The notes beneath the pieces are model-generated. The model did not search any database. It had not been told where the DNA came from and saw nothing but the letters and a program-made list of their open reading frames with translations. 41,334 bases of DNA, taken from the sequence record SRR22947725_802. One strand, 5' to 3'. This document shows, one piece after another, positions 20,843 through 29,837 of the stretch (positions are counted from its first letter, which is position 1; each line of letters starts with the position of its first letter). A program made the position numbers and the translations under genes.

Positions 20843-21375
20843 AAAGTCAGTCCAAAAAATAGAATAATCGATAAACATATTGCAGATAATATGCCTGCTA
20901 AAACATCATCCAACATAACCCCAAAAGGAGTTGATATTTTATCCGCCCAGCTTATTGGCCATGGTTTAATTATATCAAAAAAACGGAAAAGTGCAAAAGC
21001 AGATAAAAATATATACGCTAAACTCATCGAATAGGTTGAGTTAGAAGTGTTTATATTGATAACACTTTCAGATATTGAGATATGAAAACTTGTGTTTGAT
21101 GTGATTGCAAATAGGGGTGCAAATGTGATCCATTGTCCAACGATTTCGTCGATAACAATCTCACTTGGATCGTGTTCCGTTTTGCCTTTTGTTTCAACAT
21201 AAGTCGCACCATAGCCAATGACAAATACTACCAAAGAGATAAGTAAAAAATGCCATATGTTGAAATTATTTATTAAAAAAATATAAACAAATGGTAAGGC
21301 TCCTAGTGAACCCCAGGTTCCGGGTGCTGGCTTTAAAAGCCCAATATAAAACCACGTTGTTATAAAGCGCATCAT
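20839..21375 (-). CDS. pgpA: Phosphatidylglycerophosphatase A
   Basis: PAPGTWGS, DPSEIVIDEIVGQW, FRFFDIIKPWPI, GVMLDDVLAG. Confidence 0.95.
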   Translation of the reverse strand: MMRFITTWFYIGLLKPAPGTWGSLGALPFVYIFLINNFNIWHFLLISLVVFVIGYGATYVETKGKTEHDPSEIVIDEIVGQWITFAPLFAITSNTSFHISISESVININTSNSTYSMSLAYIFLSAFALFRFFDIIKPWPISWADKISTPFGVMLDDVLAGILSAICLSIILFFGLTL

Positions 21376-22517
21376 TTTTTTATAAGTGTAGCTGTTGCTT
21401 GAGCTGCAATACCTTCATTTCTTCCTGTAAAACCTAATTGTTCCGTAGTGGTAGCTTTAACAGATACTTTATCAATATCAATCTCAGTGATTTTAGAGAT
21501 GTTTTCACGCATCTTTTCTGCGTGTGGTCCAATCTTTGGGGTTTCACAGATTATAGTGCAGTCAAGATGATTAATAATGAAACCACGCTCTTTGCATAAA
21601 AGAACAGCTTTTCGAAGAAATATTTCAGAGGAAGCGTTTTTCCATTTTTGTTCTGATGGTGGAAACCATTGTCCAATATCGCCCGCGCTTAAAGCGCCAA
21701 AAATAGCATCTGTTATAGCATGCATAGCTACATCAGCATCAGAATGCCCCAGCAGTGCTTTTGTATGACTAATTTCTATTCCATTTAAGGTTACACTACT
21801 TCCTGATCCAAGAGCGTGTACGTCATACCCATTGCCAACTCTTATATCCATTGTATTTCCTATTATTTGTCTTGCTAAACTAAAGTCATTTTGGGTTGTA
21901 ATCTTTATATTTTCTTCTGCACCTAAAATGGGAATTACTTCAATTCCAGCAGATTGTGCTATAGCAACGTCGTCTGTTAACGACTTATTTGTATTTTCAT
22001 ATGCATTGTAAATTTCATTTAATTTAAATGCTTGAGGTGTTTGTGCTTTCCAAATCATTTCTCGGGAGATATTTTTTTGCACTTTATTTTCTGATATTGA
22101 CCACAATGTATCAACGATTGGCAATGCTAAAAAACAAGCATTATATTTTTCCAAACCATTGATGAGCCGTTTAAGTGCAACTATCGGTAAGCATGGTCTA
22201 GCACCATCATGGATTAAAACATATTCACTTGAAGCCGCCTTTATTCCATTAAAAACGCTCTCAGACCGGGTTTCACCACCTAGGACTGGCTTTGAAAGCC
22301 GGGGATTATTAATTCTTGATACTGCGTTTTTATAAAGCTGTTTGTCATCATTGTGTATTACGCAAATGATATTATCAATTGCTTTATGGGCGAGTAGGGC
22401 ATCAATTGTATAATGCAAAATTGGTTTTTGTGCAATTTCACGATATTGTTTTGGTATTCCGCTACCTGCACGAGTTCCTCGGCCTGCTGCTACTACTATG
22501 GCTGTTATAGAATTCAT
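21372..22517 (-). CDS. ispDF: Bifunctional IspD/IspF (MEP pathway)
   Basis: AAGRGTR, IHDGARP, QTPQAF, KIT (IspD); GNGYDVH, GHSDADV, GDIG, KATTTE (IspF). ATG 22517 preferred over 22541. Confidence 0.96.
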   Translation of the reverse strand: MNSITAIVVAAGRGTRAGSGIPKQYREIAQKPILHYTIDALLAHKAIDNIICVIHNDDKQLYKNAVSRINNPRLSKPVLGGETRSESVFNGIKAASSEYVLIHDGARPCLPIVALKRLINGLEKYNACFLALPIVDTLWSISENKVQKNISREMIWKAQTPQAFKLNEIYNAYENTNKSLTDDVAIAQSAGIEVIPILGAEENIKITTQNDFSLARQIIGNTMDIRVGNGYDVHALGSGSSVTLNGIEISHTKALLGHSDADVAMHAITDAIFGALSAGDIGQWFPPSEQKWKNASSEIFLRKAVLLCKERGFIINHLDCTIICETPKIGPHAEKMRENISKITEIDIDKVSVKATTTEQLGFTGRNEGIAAQATATLIKK

Positions 22518-22600
22518 ATTTCTGTTTATATAACGAAACATTAGCGATGCAAGTTAGTTTAAACTTGTCATTGAAAATCTTAATGCCTATTAATTAATCA
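22518..22600. promoter_or_regulatory. Divergent ispDF/dusB promoter pair with candidate NtrC operator
   Basis: Plus: TTGTCA(22565-70)-N17-TATTAA(22588-93)-6 nt-ATG. Minus: TTGCAT(22552-47)-N16-TATAAA(22530-25)-7 nt-ATG. TGCCTATTAATTAATCA at 22584-22600. Confidence 0.6.
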
Positions 22601-23586
22601 TGAGTACTTTAATGGTTGGAAAACAGGCAATATCGCCTCCTGTCTTATTATCGCCTTTAGCAGGCATAACAGACTTACCTTACAGAAATCTTGTTTCTAG
22701 TTTTGGAGCGGGTCTTGTGGTTTCAGAAATGGTTGCAAGCCATGAAATTATGCAAAAAGGAAAGGACGCACGCGCAAGAGCAGAATTAGGATTTAATGTT
22801 GATGGAACATCAGTTCAAATTGCGGGCCGTGATGCATTTTGGATGTCTGAGTGTGCTAAACTAATAGAGGGTAATGGCGCTAAAATAATTGATATTAATA
22901 TGGGATGTCCTGCTAAAAGTGTAGTGAACGGTGCATCAGGCTCAGCGTTGATGCGGACACCAGATTTAGCGCTTAAATTAATTGAAGCAGTTGTAAATGC
23001 GGTAGATATCCCTGTTACATTAAAAACTAGATTGGGTTGGGACCATAATGATTTGAACGCTGCTGATTTATCATCTAGCGCAGAAAAAATTGGAATTCAA
23101 ATGATTACAATCCACGGACGAACAAGGTGCCAGTTCTATAAAGGCGATGCAGATTGGAGAAAAATACGAGAGGTTAAAGAGGCTGTAAATATTCCAGTTA
23201 TTGCTAATGGTGATATTATAGATACTCCAACGGCGAAATTGGCCATGAAACAATCTAAAGCAGATGGAGTAATGATTGGTAGAGGAGCGCAAGGCAAGCC
23301 ATGGCTTCTGTCTCAGATTGCTTCAGAAATATTCAATACAAAGCCACCAGAAATACCTTCAGGAAATAAATTATTAGAAATGATATCAAATCATTATCTT
23401 GAGATGCTTAATTTTTATGGTGAACAACATGGCAATAAAGTTGCTAGGAAACACTTGGGTTGGTACATGGATTATATAGGTGTAAATCCTATCGATCGGA
23501 GAGCTTTACAAACAGAAACTGATCCCCAAAAAGTATTATCAATGATTTCTTCCTTATCAGCAATGGAGGATAATCCATGCCAATAA
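22600..23586 (+). CDS. dusB: tRNA-dihydrouridine synthase (NifR3 family)
   Basis: PLAGITD, SEMV, DINMGCPAK, GSALM, IHGRTR, ANGDI, MIGRG; canonical position upstream of ntrBC. Confidence 0.96.
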   Translation: MSTLMVGKQAISPPVLLSPLAGITDLPYRNLVSSFGAGLVVSEMVASHEIMQKGKDARARAELGFNVDGTSVQIAGRDAFWMSECAKLIEGNGAKIIDINMGCPAKSVVNGASGSALMRTPDLALKLIEAVVNAVDIPVTLKTRLGWDHNDLNAADLSSSAEKIGIQMITIHGRTRCQFYKGDADWRKIREVKEAVNIPVIANGDIIDTPTAKLAMKQSKADGVMIGRGAQGKPWLLSQIASEIFNTKPPEIPSGNKLLEMISNHYLEMLNFYGEQHGNKVARKHLGWYMDYIGVNPIDRRALQTETDPQKVLSMISSLSAMEDNPCQ

Positions 23587-24659
23587 TTGATTTTGCTCAC
23601 GTTTGGAATACAATTCCGTTCCCGGCATTTATAATTAATTCAGAATTTATAATTATTGAAGGTAACTCAGCCGCTGAACAAGTTGTTCAAACATCTCATA
23701 ATCAAATGTCTGGAAAAGCATTAAGCGTATTCTTTGGTATAAATTCTGTAGTTTTAGAAACTATTAAACAAGTAAAACGTGAAAATTCATCTTTAAGCCA
23801 ATATGGTATAGAAGTTTCTACGATTGATAGGGTGTCGTTTGAATGTAATCTTCATATTAATCCATTGGATAAGAATAAAGAGAATTATTTGTTAATAATA
23901 CAACCAAATAGTTTTGCGCAAAAAATAAATCAATCTTCTTCGCATCGCACATCAGCAAGATCTGTCACTGCCATGGCATCAATGCTTGCGCATGAAATCA
24001 GAAACCCGCTTGCTGGAATTTCTGGTGCTGCTCAACTTTTAGCGATGAATGCAATAGATGATGATCTAGAACTCGCCGATATGATAGGACAGGAAACGAA
24101 AAGAATTGGTACTTTAGTTGATAGATTTGAAGTATTTTCAGACATTAGACCTTCGGTAAGAAATGCATATAATATTCATGACGTCTTAGACAGGGCTATC
24201 AGATCATCATCTGCTGGTTTTGCTTCTTCAATAAAATTTGAAAAACAATATGATCCATCATTACCAAATGCCTCTGGGGATGCGGATCAAATGTTGCAAG
24301 TTTTTCAAAACATATTGAAAAATGCATGTGAAGCAATTTCAAAAGATCGTGGAAAAATAAAAATTTGTACTTCCTATAATTCTGGAGTGAGATATACAAT
24401 TTCTGGTGACCAATCAGAAATATTGCCATTACAAATTGAAATAATAGACAATGGCAGTGGAATTCCTGATAATATTATTAATGAAATATTTGAACCTTTT
24501 GTATCTTCAAAAGTTAATGGCACAGGTTTAGGATTAGCTTTTGTATCAAAAATAATTACCAGTCACGGAGGGTTAATCGAGTGTACCTCACATAGTGCTG
24601 GAACTAAATTTATTTTACGTCTTCCTGTATCGAAAAAATCTTCAAAGGATAAAATATAA
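23577..24659 (+). CDS. ntrB: Nitrogen regulation sensor kinase NtrB
   Basis: N-terminal PAS-like region, LAHEIRNPLAGISGAAQLL H-box, NILKNA, DNGSG, FEPFVSSK, GTGLGL. Confidence 0.95.
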   Translation: MPIIDFAHVWNTIPFPAFIINSEFIIIEGNSAAEQVVQTSHNQMSGKALSVFFGINSVVLETIKQVKRENSSLSQYGIEVSTIDRVSFECNLHINPLDKNKENYLLIIQPNSFAQKINQSSSHRTSARSVTAMASMLAHEIRNPLAGISGAAQLLAMNAIDDDLELADMIGQETKRIGTLVDRFEVFSDIRPSVRNAYNIHDVLDRAIRSSSAGFASSIKFEKQYDPSLPNASGDADQMLQVFQNILKNACEAISKDRGKIKICTSYNSGVRYTISGDQSEILPLQIEIIDNGSGIPDNIINEIFEPFVSSKVNGTGLGLAFVSKIITSHGGLIECTSHSAGTKFILRLPVSKKSSKDKI

Positions 24660-26056
24660 TGGATGGAACTATATTAGTTGCCGATGATGATCGGACGATA
24701 AGAACAGTATTAACTCAAGCACTTACACGCGCTGGGTGCAAAGTAAGGGCAACAGGAAGTATAGAAACATTATGGCGTTGGATAGACGAAGGTAATGGAG
24801 ATGTAGTTATATCTGATGTTAATTTTCCTGATGGCGATGGATTAGAAATGTTGCCTGCAATAAAGCGCAAACGCAATGATTTGCCAGTTATAATTATTTC
24901 AGCACAAAACACTGTCATTACTGCAATAAAAGCCTCTGAATTGGGTGCTTATGATTATTTACCAAAACCATTTGATCTGAAAAAATTACTTTCCAAAGTC
25001 AATAAAGCTTTATTGAACCAAGGAGCAGAAAAAAGTGTTATTCCCCAAGGTGGTATAGTTGAACCTGAATTACCACTTATCGGTTCATCACCACTTATGC
25101 AGGATGTATATAGATTTTTAGCGCGGATCTTACATACTGATCTTTCTACTATTATTACAGGTGAAAGTGGAACTGGCAAAGATCTATTAGCTCGTGCAAT
25201 GCATGACTTAGGACCACGGTCGGCAATGGATTTCGTACGTATAAATATTTCTTCATCAAATATTGATAAGATAGAGGGAACCTTAGTAGGCGGTAAAGAA
25301 GATTTAAAGATAACTCCAGCATCAAAAGGGGCTACAATTTATTTTGATGAAATTTCTGAGATGTCTGATGAAATTCAGTTGCAATTATTAGATTTATTAC
25401 GTTCAGATTCAGTTATTGATAAAAAATATAGACTAATCTCATCATCTAGATTGTCACTACAGAATTTAATTAGCCAAGGTGTAATTAGGGAGGATTTATT
25501 TTATAGGCTAAATGTAGTGAATATAAACCTTCCTCCTTTAAGAGATAGGATTGGGGATATTCCTGATTTAACAAAGCATTTTTTGCAATTATCAGTTATC
25601 TTAGGTCTTCCTCAAAAAACTATATCAATAAAGGCAATGCAATTATTACAAAATGCTCAATGGATGGGCAACATCAGAGAATTAGAGAATTTCATTAATA
25701 GATTAGTGGTTTTAGTGTCCGATGATGAGATAAGCGCCAACCATGTTGAAGAAAACTTAAATTTAATCCCATCTATGAATTCAGATGATTTAGACACAAG
25801 TAATGGAAAGCTATCCTCTTCTGTTGAGAGGCATATAAAAAGATATTTCGATTTGCATGGTGAGACTTTACCACCATCTGGATTATATAACCGAATAATG
25901 AAAGAAATTGAGTTACCATTAATAGCATTATCGTTGTCTGCAACACGTGGAAATCAAATAAAAACATCTGAATTACTTGGTATAAATCGCAATACATTAA
26001 GAAAGAAAATCAAAGATCTTGATATTGTAGTTACAAGAAGTAAAAAAATGATGTAA
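24659..26056 (+). CDS. ntrC: Nitrogen regulation response regulator NtrC (GAFTGA-less)
   Basis: Receiver domain (ADDD, SDV, KPFD), GESGTGK, FDE, REDLFYRLNV, HTH GNQIKTSELLGINRNTLRKKI. Confidence 0.95.
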   Translation: MDGTILVADDDRTIRTVLTQALTRAGCKVRATGSIETLWRWIDEGNGDVVISDVNFPDGDGLEMLPAIKRKRNDLPVIIISAQNTVITAIKASELGAYDYLPKPFDLKKLLSKVNKALLNQGAEKSVIPQGGIVEPELPLIGSSPLMQDVYRFLARILHTDLSTIITGESGTGKDLLARAMHDLGPRSAMDFVRINISSSNIDKIEGTLVGGKEDLKITPASKGATIYFDEISEMSDEIQLQLLDLLRSDSVIDKKYRLISSSRLSLQNLISQGVIREDLFYRLNVVNINLPPLRDRIGDIPDLTKHFLQLSVILGLPQKTISIKAMQLLQNAQWMGNIRELENFINRLVVLVSDDEISANHVEENLNLIPSMNSDDLDTSNGKLSSSVERHIKRYFDLHGETLPPSGLYNRIMKEIELPLIALSLSATRGNQIKTSELLGINRNTLRKKIKDLDIVVTRSKKMM

Positions 26057-26059
26057 TGA

Positions 26060-26076
26060 TGCCACATAGTGTAGCA
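26060..26076. promoter_or_regulatory. Palindromic operator-like site between ntrC and ntrY
   Basis: TGCCACA-TAG-TGTAGCA, a 7-3-7 inverted repeat with one mismatch. Confidence 0.45.
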
Positions 26077-26104
26077 AATATAGAACTATAAATAATTTAG
26101 GCAC

Positions 26105-28330
26105 ATGATACAAAATTTACTTAACAAAATTAAAAAATGGAAAAATAGGCGTAAATTTTTAGTAGTTATAGCTTGGTCTTTAATTCTTCTTGGACCAATT
26201 TTAACTGGGCTAACGGTATCTATATTACAGGGAGAATTTGGAAGTAAGCTAAGTAATATTTTGCGCTTAATACTTCTTGTTGATGGAATTTATCTTTTAG
26301 TCGTTATTTCAATTGTTGGTTATGCAGTAATGAAAATGTTTGCTGCTCGAAGAGCAAAATCTGCAGGTTCGCGATTACACATGCGATTAAGTAGAGTTTT
26401 TGCGATTGTAGCACTTATTCCTACAGTCCTTGTAGCAGTTTTCGCAGTTGTTACATTAAGTATTGGCGTAGAGGGTTGGTTTTCCAAAAATGTACAAAAT
26501 GTGGTGAGTTCGTCTTTATCCGCTGCTGAAGCATATAAGAATGAACAAAGAGATGACTTAAAGATAGATTTAAATTTTATGGCTGTCAGATTGAATGAAT
26601 ATAAAAATACCAATTCATTCGTTAGTGACAGTGATCTAAGAGTTCAATTAATCTTGATCCAAAAACTTATCCAAAGAGGACTAAAAGAAGCCTATATTAT
26701 TGATGGAAATGCAAACTTAAGATCCAGAGGTGAGTTGAGCTATCTATTTGGTTATGAAGAGCCTTCGGAAAAAAATATGGAAATTGCTGAGTCAGGTGAG
26801 TTGTTGATTATCGAAGACTGGCCCAATAATGAATTTAGAAGTTTGATTAGATTAAATAGTTTTGAAGATAAATATTTATATATATCAAGAACAGTAGATG
26901 GAAAAATACTGAATTTATTAGATAAAACAATGGAATCTGCCATCACATACAACACTATGGAATCTCAACGTGAAAAAATACTTTGGTCATATGGACTGTT
27001 ATATTTAGGTTTTGCCACTTTTGTTATTCTTTCGTCAATTTTGCTTGGAATGCTATTTGCAGAACGTCTTTCTCGGCCTGTTGGGCGATTAGCTGGAGCT
27101 GCACAAAGACTTGGTGCAGGAGATTTTGATGTTAAGGTTATAGAAGAAAAAGGCGATGATGAGATAGCTATGTTAAGTCGTGTGTTTAACCACATGACAA
27201 AACAAGTTAAACGTCAACGAGATGATTTAATAACAGCAAATGAATACACAGAACGCCGGCGTAGATTGTTTGATAGCGTTTTATCGGGTGTAACTGCTGG
27301 AGTAATAGGTTTATCATCAGATGGTAATGTTGGATTTATAAATCTAGCAGCAGAAAAATTATTAAATTTAAATGCAAATGACAATGAGGGTAAAAGTATA
27401 CATTTGGCTGTGCCGGAATTTGTTGATTTATTTATGTTGATACAAAAAAATGACAATAAAACTCAGCAACAAGAAATTAAATTAACACGAGGTGGTACAA
27501 CTGAAATTCTACTAGTTAGAGTTTCAGCAAGAATTTCTGAGGATGAATTAATTGAAGGATATGTAATTACTTTTGATGATGTAACTGACTTAGTATCTGC
27601 CCAGAGATTAGCAGCATGGGGAGATGTTGCACGGCGAATTGCTCATGAGATAAAAAACCCACTTACGCCCATACAATTATCAGCTGAGCGATTGAAGCGT
27701 AAATATTCACCAATGTTAGCTGATGAAGATAAAAATCTTTCACAATTGTGTGACGTTATTATACGTCAAACAAATGATTTACGAAGAATTGTTGATGAGT
27801 TTTCTAAATTTGCAAGAATGCCAGAGCCTATTAAACGTCCCACAAACATTACCAAGTTATTGAAGGATGTTATATTGCTTTTTGAAGTTTCTTCTCCAAA
27901 AGTTAATATAAGTTTTGAGAATCCATATAACGACTTTAATGCTAGTATGGATGAAACAATGATAAACCAAGCATTCACTAATTTGATCAAAAATGCAGGC
28001 GAGGCCATTGACAGTAAAATAAAATCACAACCAAATATAACTTTTAACCCTGAAATTAGAATATCTATTGATCAGAAAAAAAATGACCTTGAAATTATTA
28101 TTGAAGATAATGGAATTGGCTTGCCTACACAGGAGCGCTCTAGGTTGTTTGAGCCATATGTTACAAATAGAGAAAATGGCACAGGATTAGGTTTGTCTAT
28201 AGTTAAAAAGATAATTGAAGAGCATAATGGTACATTAGAATTATTAGATGCATCACCGTTTTCAACAAGTGAAAGCTTTGGTGCAAAAATGCGAATTATT
28301 TTCCCTAAAGAGATAATAATAGAAAAATAA
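26105..28330 (+). CDS. ntrY: Sensor histidine kinase NtrY
   Basis: Multiple TMs, AGSRLH, HAMP, PAS, AWGDVARRIAHEIKNPLTPIQLSAERL, EFSKFARMP. Confidence 0.96.
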   Translation: MIQNLLNKIKKWKNRRKFLVVIAWSLILLGPILTGLTVSILQGEFGSKLSNILRLILLVDGIYLLVVISIVGYAVMKMFAARRAKSAGSRLHMRLSRVFAIVALIPTVLVAVFAVVTLSIGVEGWFSKNVQNVVSSSLSAAEAYKNEQRDDLKIDLNFMAVRLNEYKNTNSFVSDSDLRVQLILIQKLIQRGLKEAYIIDGNANLRSRGELSYLFGYEEPSEKNMEIAESGELLIIEDWPNNEFRSLIRLNSFEDKYLYISRTVDGKILNLLDKTMESAITYNTMESQREKILWSYGLLYLGFATFVILSSILLGMLFAERLSRPVGRLAGAAQRLGAGDFDVKVIEEKGDDEIAMLSRVFNHMTKQVKRQRDDLITANEYTERRRRLFDSVLSGVTAGVIGLSSDGNVGFINLAAEKLLNLNANDNEGKSIHLAVPEFVDLFMLIQKNDNKTQQQEIKLTRGGTTEILLVRVSARISEDELIEGYVITFDDVTDLVSAQRLAAWGDVARRIAHEIKNPLTPIQLSAERLKRKYSPMLADEDKNLSQLCDVIIRQTNDLRRIVDEFSKFARMPEPIKRPTNITKLLKDVILLFEVSSPKVNISFENPYNDFNASMDETMINQAFTNLIKNAGEAIDSKIKSQPNITFNPEIRISIDQKKNDLEIIIEDNGIGLPTQERSRLFEPYVTNRENGTGLGLSIVKKIIEEHNGTLELLDASPFSTSESFGAKMRIIFPKEIIIEK

Positions 28331-28363
28331 AATAGCTTTAAATAGCATAAAGGAAGAGTAAAA

Positions 28364-29773
28364 ATGGGTGATATTTTAATTGTGGATGATGAAAAAGATA
28401 TCCGTGAATTAGTATCTGATATCCTAATTGATGAAGGTTATTCTACCAAATTAGCAGCAAATTCAGAAGAAACGTTTAAATCAATTGAAAAATCAAAGCC
28501 TAAATTAATTATTTTGGATATTTGGTTAAAAGATAGCAAGTTAGACGGAATTGATATCCTTAAGCAGGTGAAATTAAATAACCCTGACATTCCGGTGGTT
28601 ATCATTTCAGGTCATGGGAATATTGAAATAGCTGTAGCCGCAATAAAACAGGGTGCGTATGATTTCATAGAAAAACCTTTTAACATAGATCAATTGACAG
28701 TTGTAATTGCAAGGGCAATGGAAACATCACGCCTTAGAACAGAAAATGCAGCATTTAAAATAAAAGAAATACCATCTTTTGAATTAATTGGTAAATCTTC
28801 CATATTTAAAAACTTCAAGCAACAACTTGACAAAGTATCAACTGGAAATAGTCGCATTATGTTAAATGGCCCATCTGGTTCAGGTAAGGAAGTTGCAGCC
28901 AGATACATTCATAAAAATTCACCGCGTAAAGATTTTGCATTTGTTACAGTTAACTCAGCATCAATGTCATCTGAGCGAATGGAAGAGTTGTTATTCGGTT
29001 CTGAATCTAATGGAAATGTTCAATTGGGATTATTGGAGCAAGCCAATGGTGGAATTTTATATCTAGATGAAGTTGGTGATATGCCAATTGGTACTCAATC
29101 AAAAATTCTTAGAGTTTTGGTTGATCAGCAATTTACGAGAATTGGTGGCAAAACTAATTTATCAGTAGACTTTCGAGTAATTTCTTCTAGTAGCCAAAAC
29201 TTAATTGTAGAAATTGAAAAGAAGAATTTTAGAGAAGAGTTATACCATAGATTAAATGTTGTTCCGATCCCTGTTCCATCATTAGAAGACCGAATTGAAG
29301 ATATTTCTATTATTTCAAATTTTTTCATTGATGAATTGAGTGAAAAACAGGGCTTACCAAAACGTAAGTTAAGTCAAAAAGCCATTGTGCATTTGCAATC
29401 CCGTAATTGGCCTGGAAACATTAGGCAATTAAGGAATGTCTTAGAGAGATCCTTAATACTTGGTTCACAATCTGGAGATATATCAGTCATTGAATTGCAA
29501 ACTAAGGAAATAACGAAAACTGATAATTCAATTGATATGGATGGAAATATGCTTGGACTTCCACTCAGAGATGCACGTGAGTTATTTGAGAGAGATTATT
29601 TGGTTGCTCAAATCAATAGATTTGGTGGAAACATTTCTAAGACGGCACAGTTCGTTGGAATGGAACGCTCTGCGTTACACAGAAAATTAAAAACATTAAA
29701 TGTTATAACTTCAAGTGATACAGGTGCACGGGTTGCAAAAACAGATGATGTTGATAGTAATGATCAAATATAA
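28364..29773 (+). CDS. ntrX: Response regulator NtrX
   Basis: LDIWL receiver, ISGHGNIE, GPSGSGKE, LDEV, GNISKTAQFVGMERSALHRKLK. Confidence 0.96.
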   Translation: MGDILIVDDEKDIRELVSDILIDEGYSTKLAANSEETFKSIEKSKPKLIILDIWLKDSKLDGIDILKQVKLNNPDIPVVIISGHGNIEIAVAAIKQGAYDFIEKPFNIDQLTVVIARAMETSRLRTENAAFKIKEIPSFELIGKSSIFKNFKQQLDKVSTGNSRIMLNGPSGSGKEVAARYIHKNSPRKDFAFVTVNSASMSSERMEELLFGSESNGNVQLGLLEQANGGILYLDEVGDMPIGTQSKILRVLVDQQFTRIGGKTNLSVDFRVISSSSQNLIVEIEKKNFREELYHRLNVVPIPVPSLEDRIEDISIISNFFIDELSEKQGLPKRKLSQKAIVHLQSRNWPGNIRQLRNVLERSLILGSQSGDISVIELQTKEITKTDNSIDMDGNMLGLPLRDARELFERDYLVAQINRFGGNISKTAQFVGMERSALHRKLKTLNVITSSDTGARVAKTDDVDSNDQI

Positions 29774-29837
29774 AACTGTATTTTAGGTATAATTTTAACT
29801 ATAAAATAAAAATTATAAGTTCTTTTGGGGGCATTAA

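Noticed and set aside
28985-29050. NtrX lacking GAFTGA as a novelty
   Set aside because: This is a known, general property of NtrX proteins.
29774-29837. Inverted repeat TATAATTTT...AAAATTATA upstream of trkA
   Set aside because: All A/T, so likely a chance match; no riboswitch-like structure fits in 64 bp.
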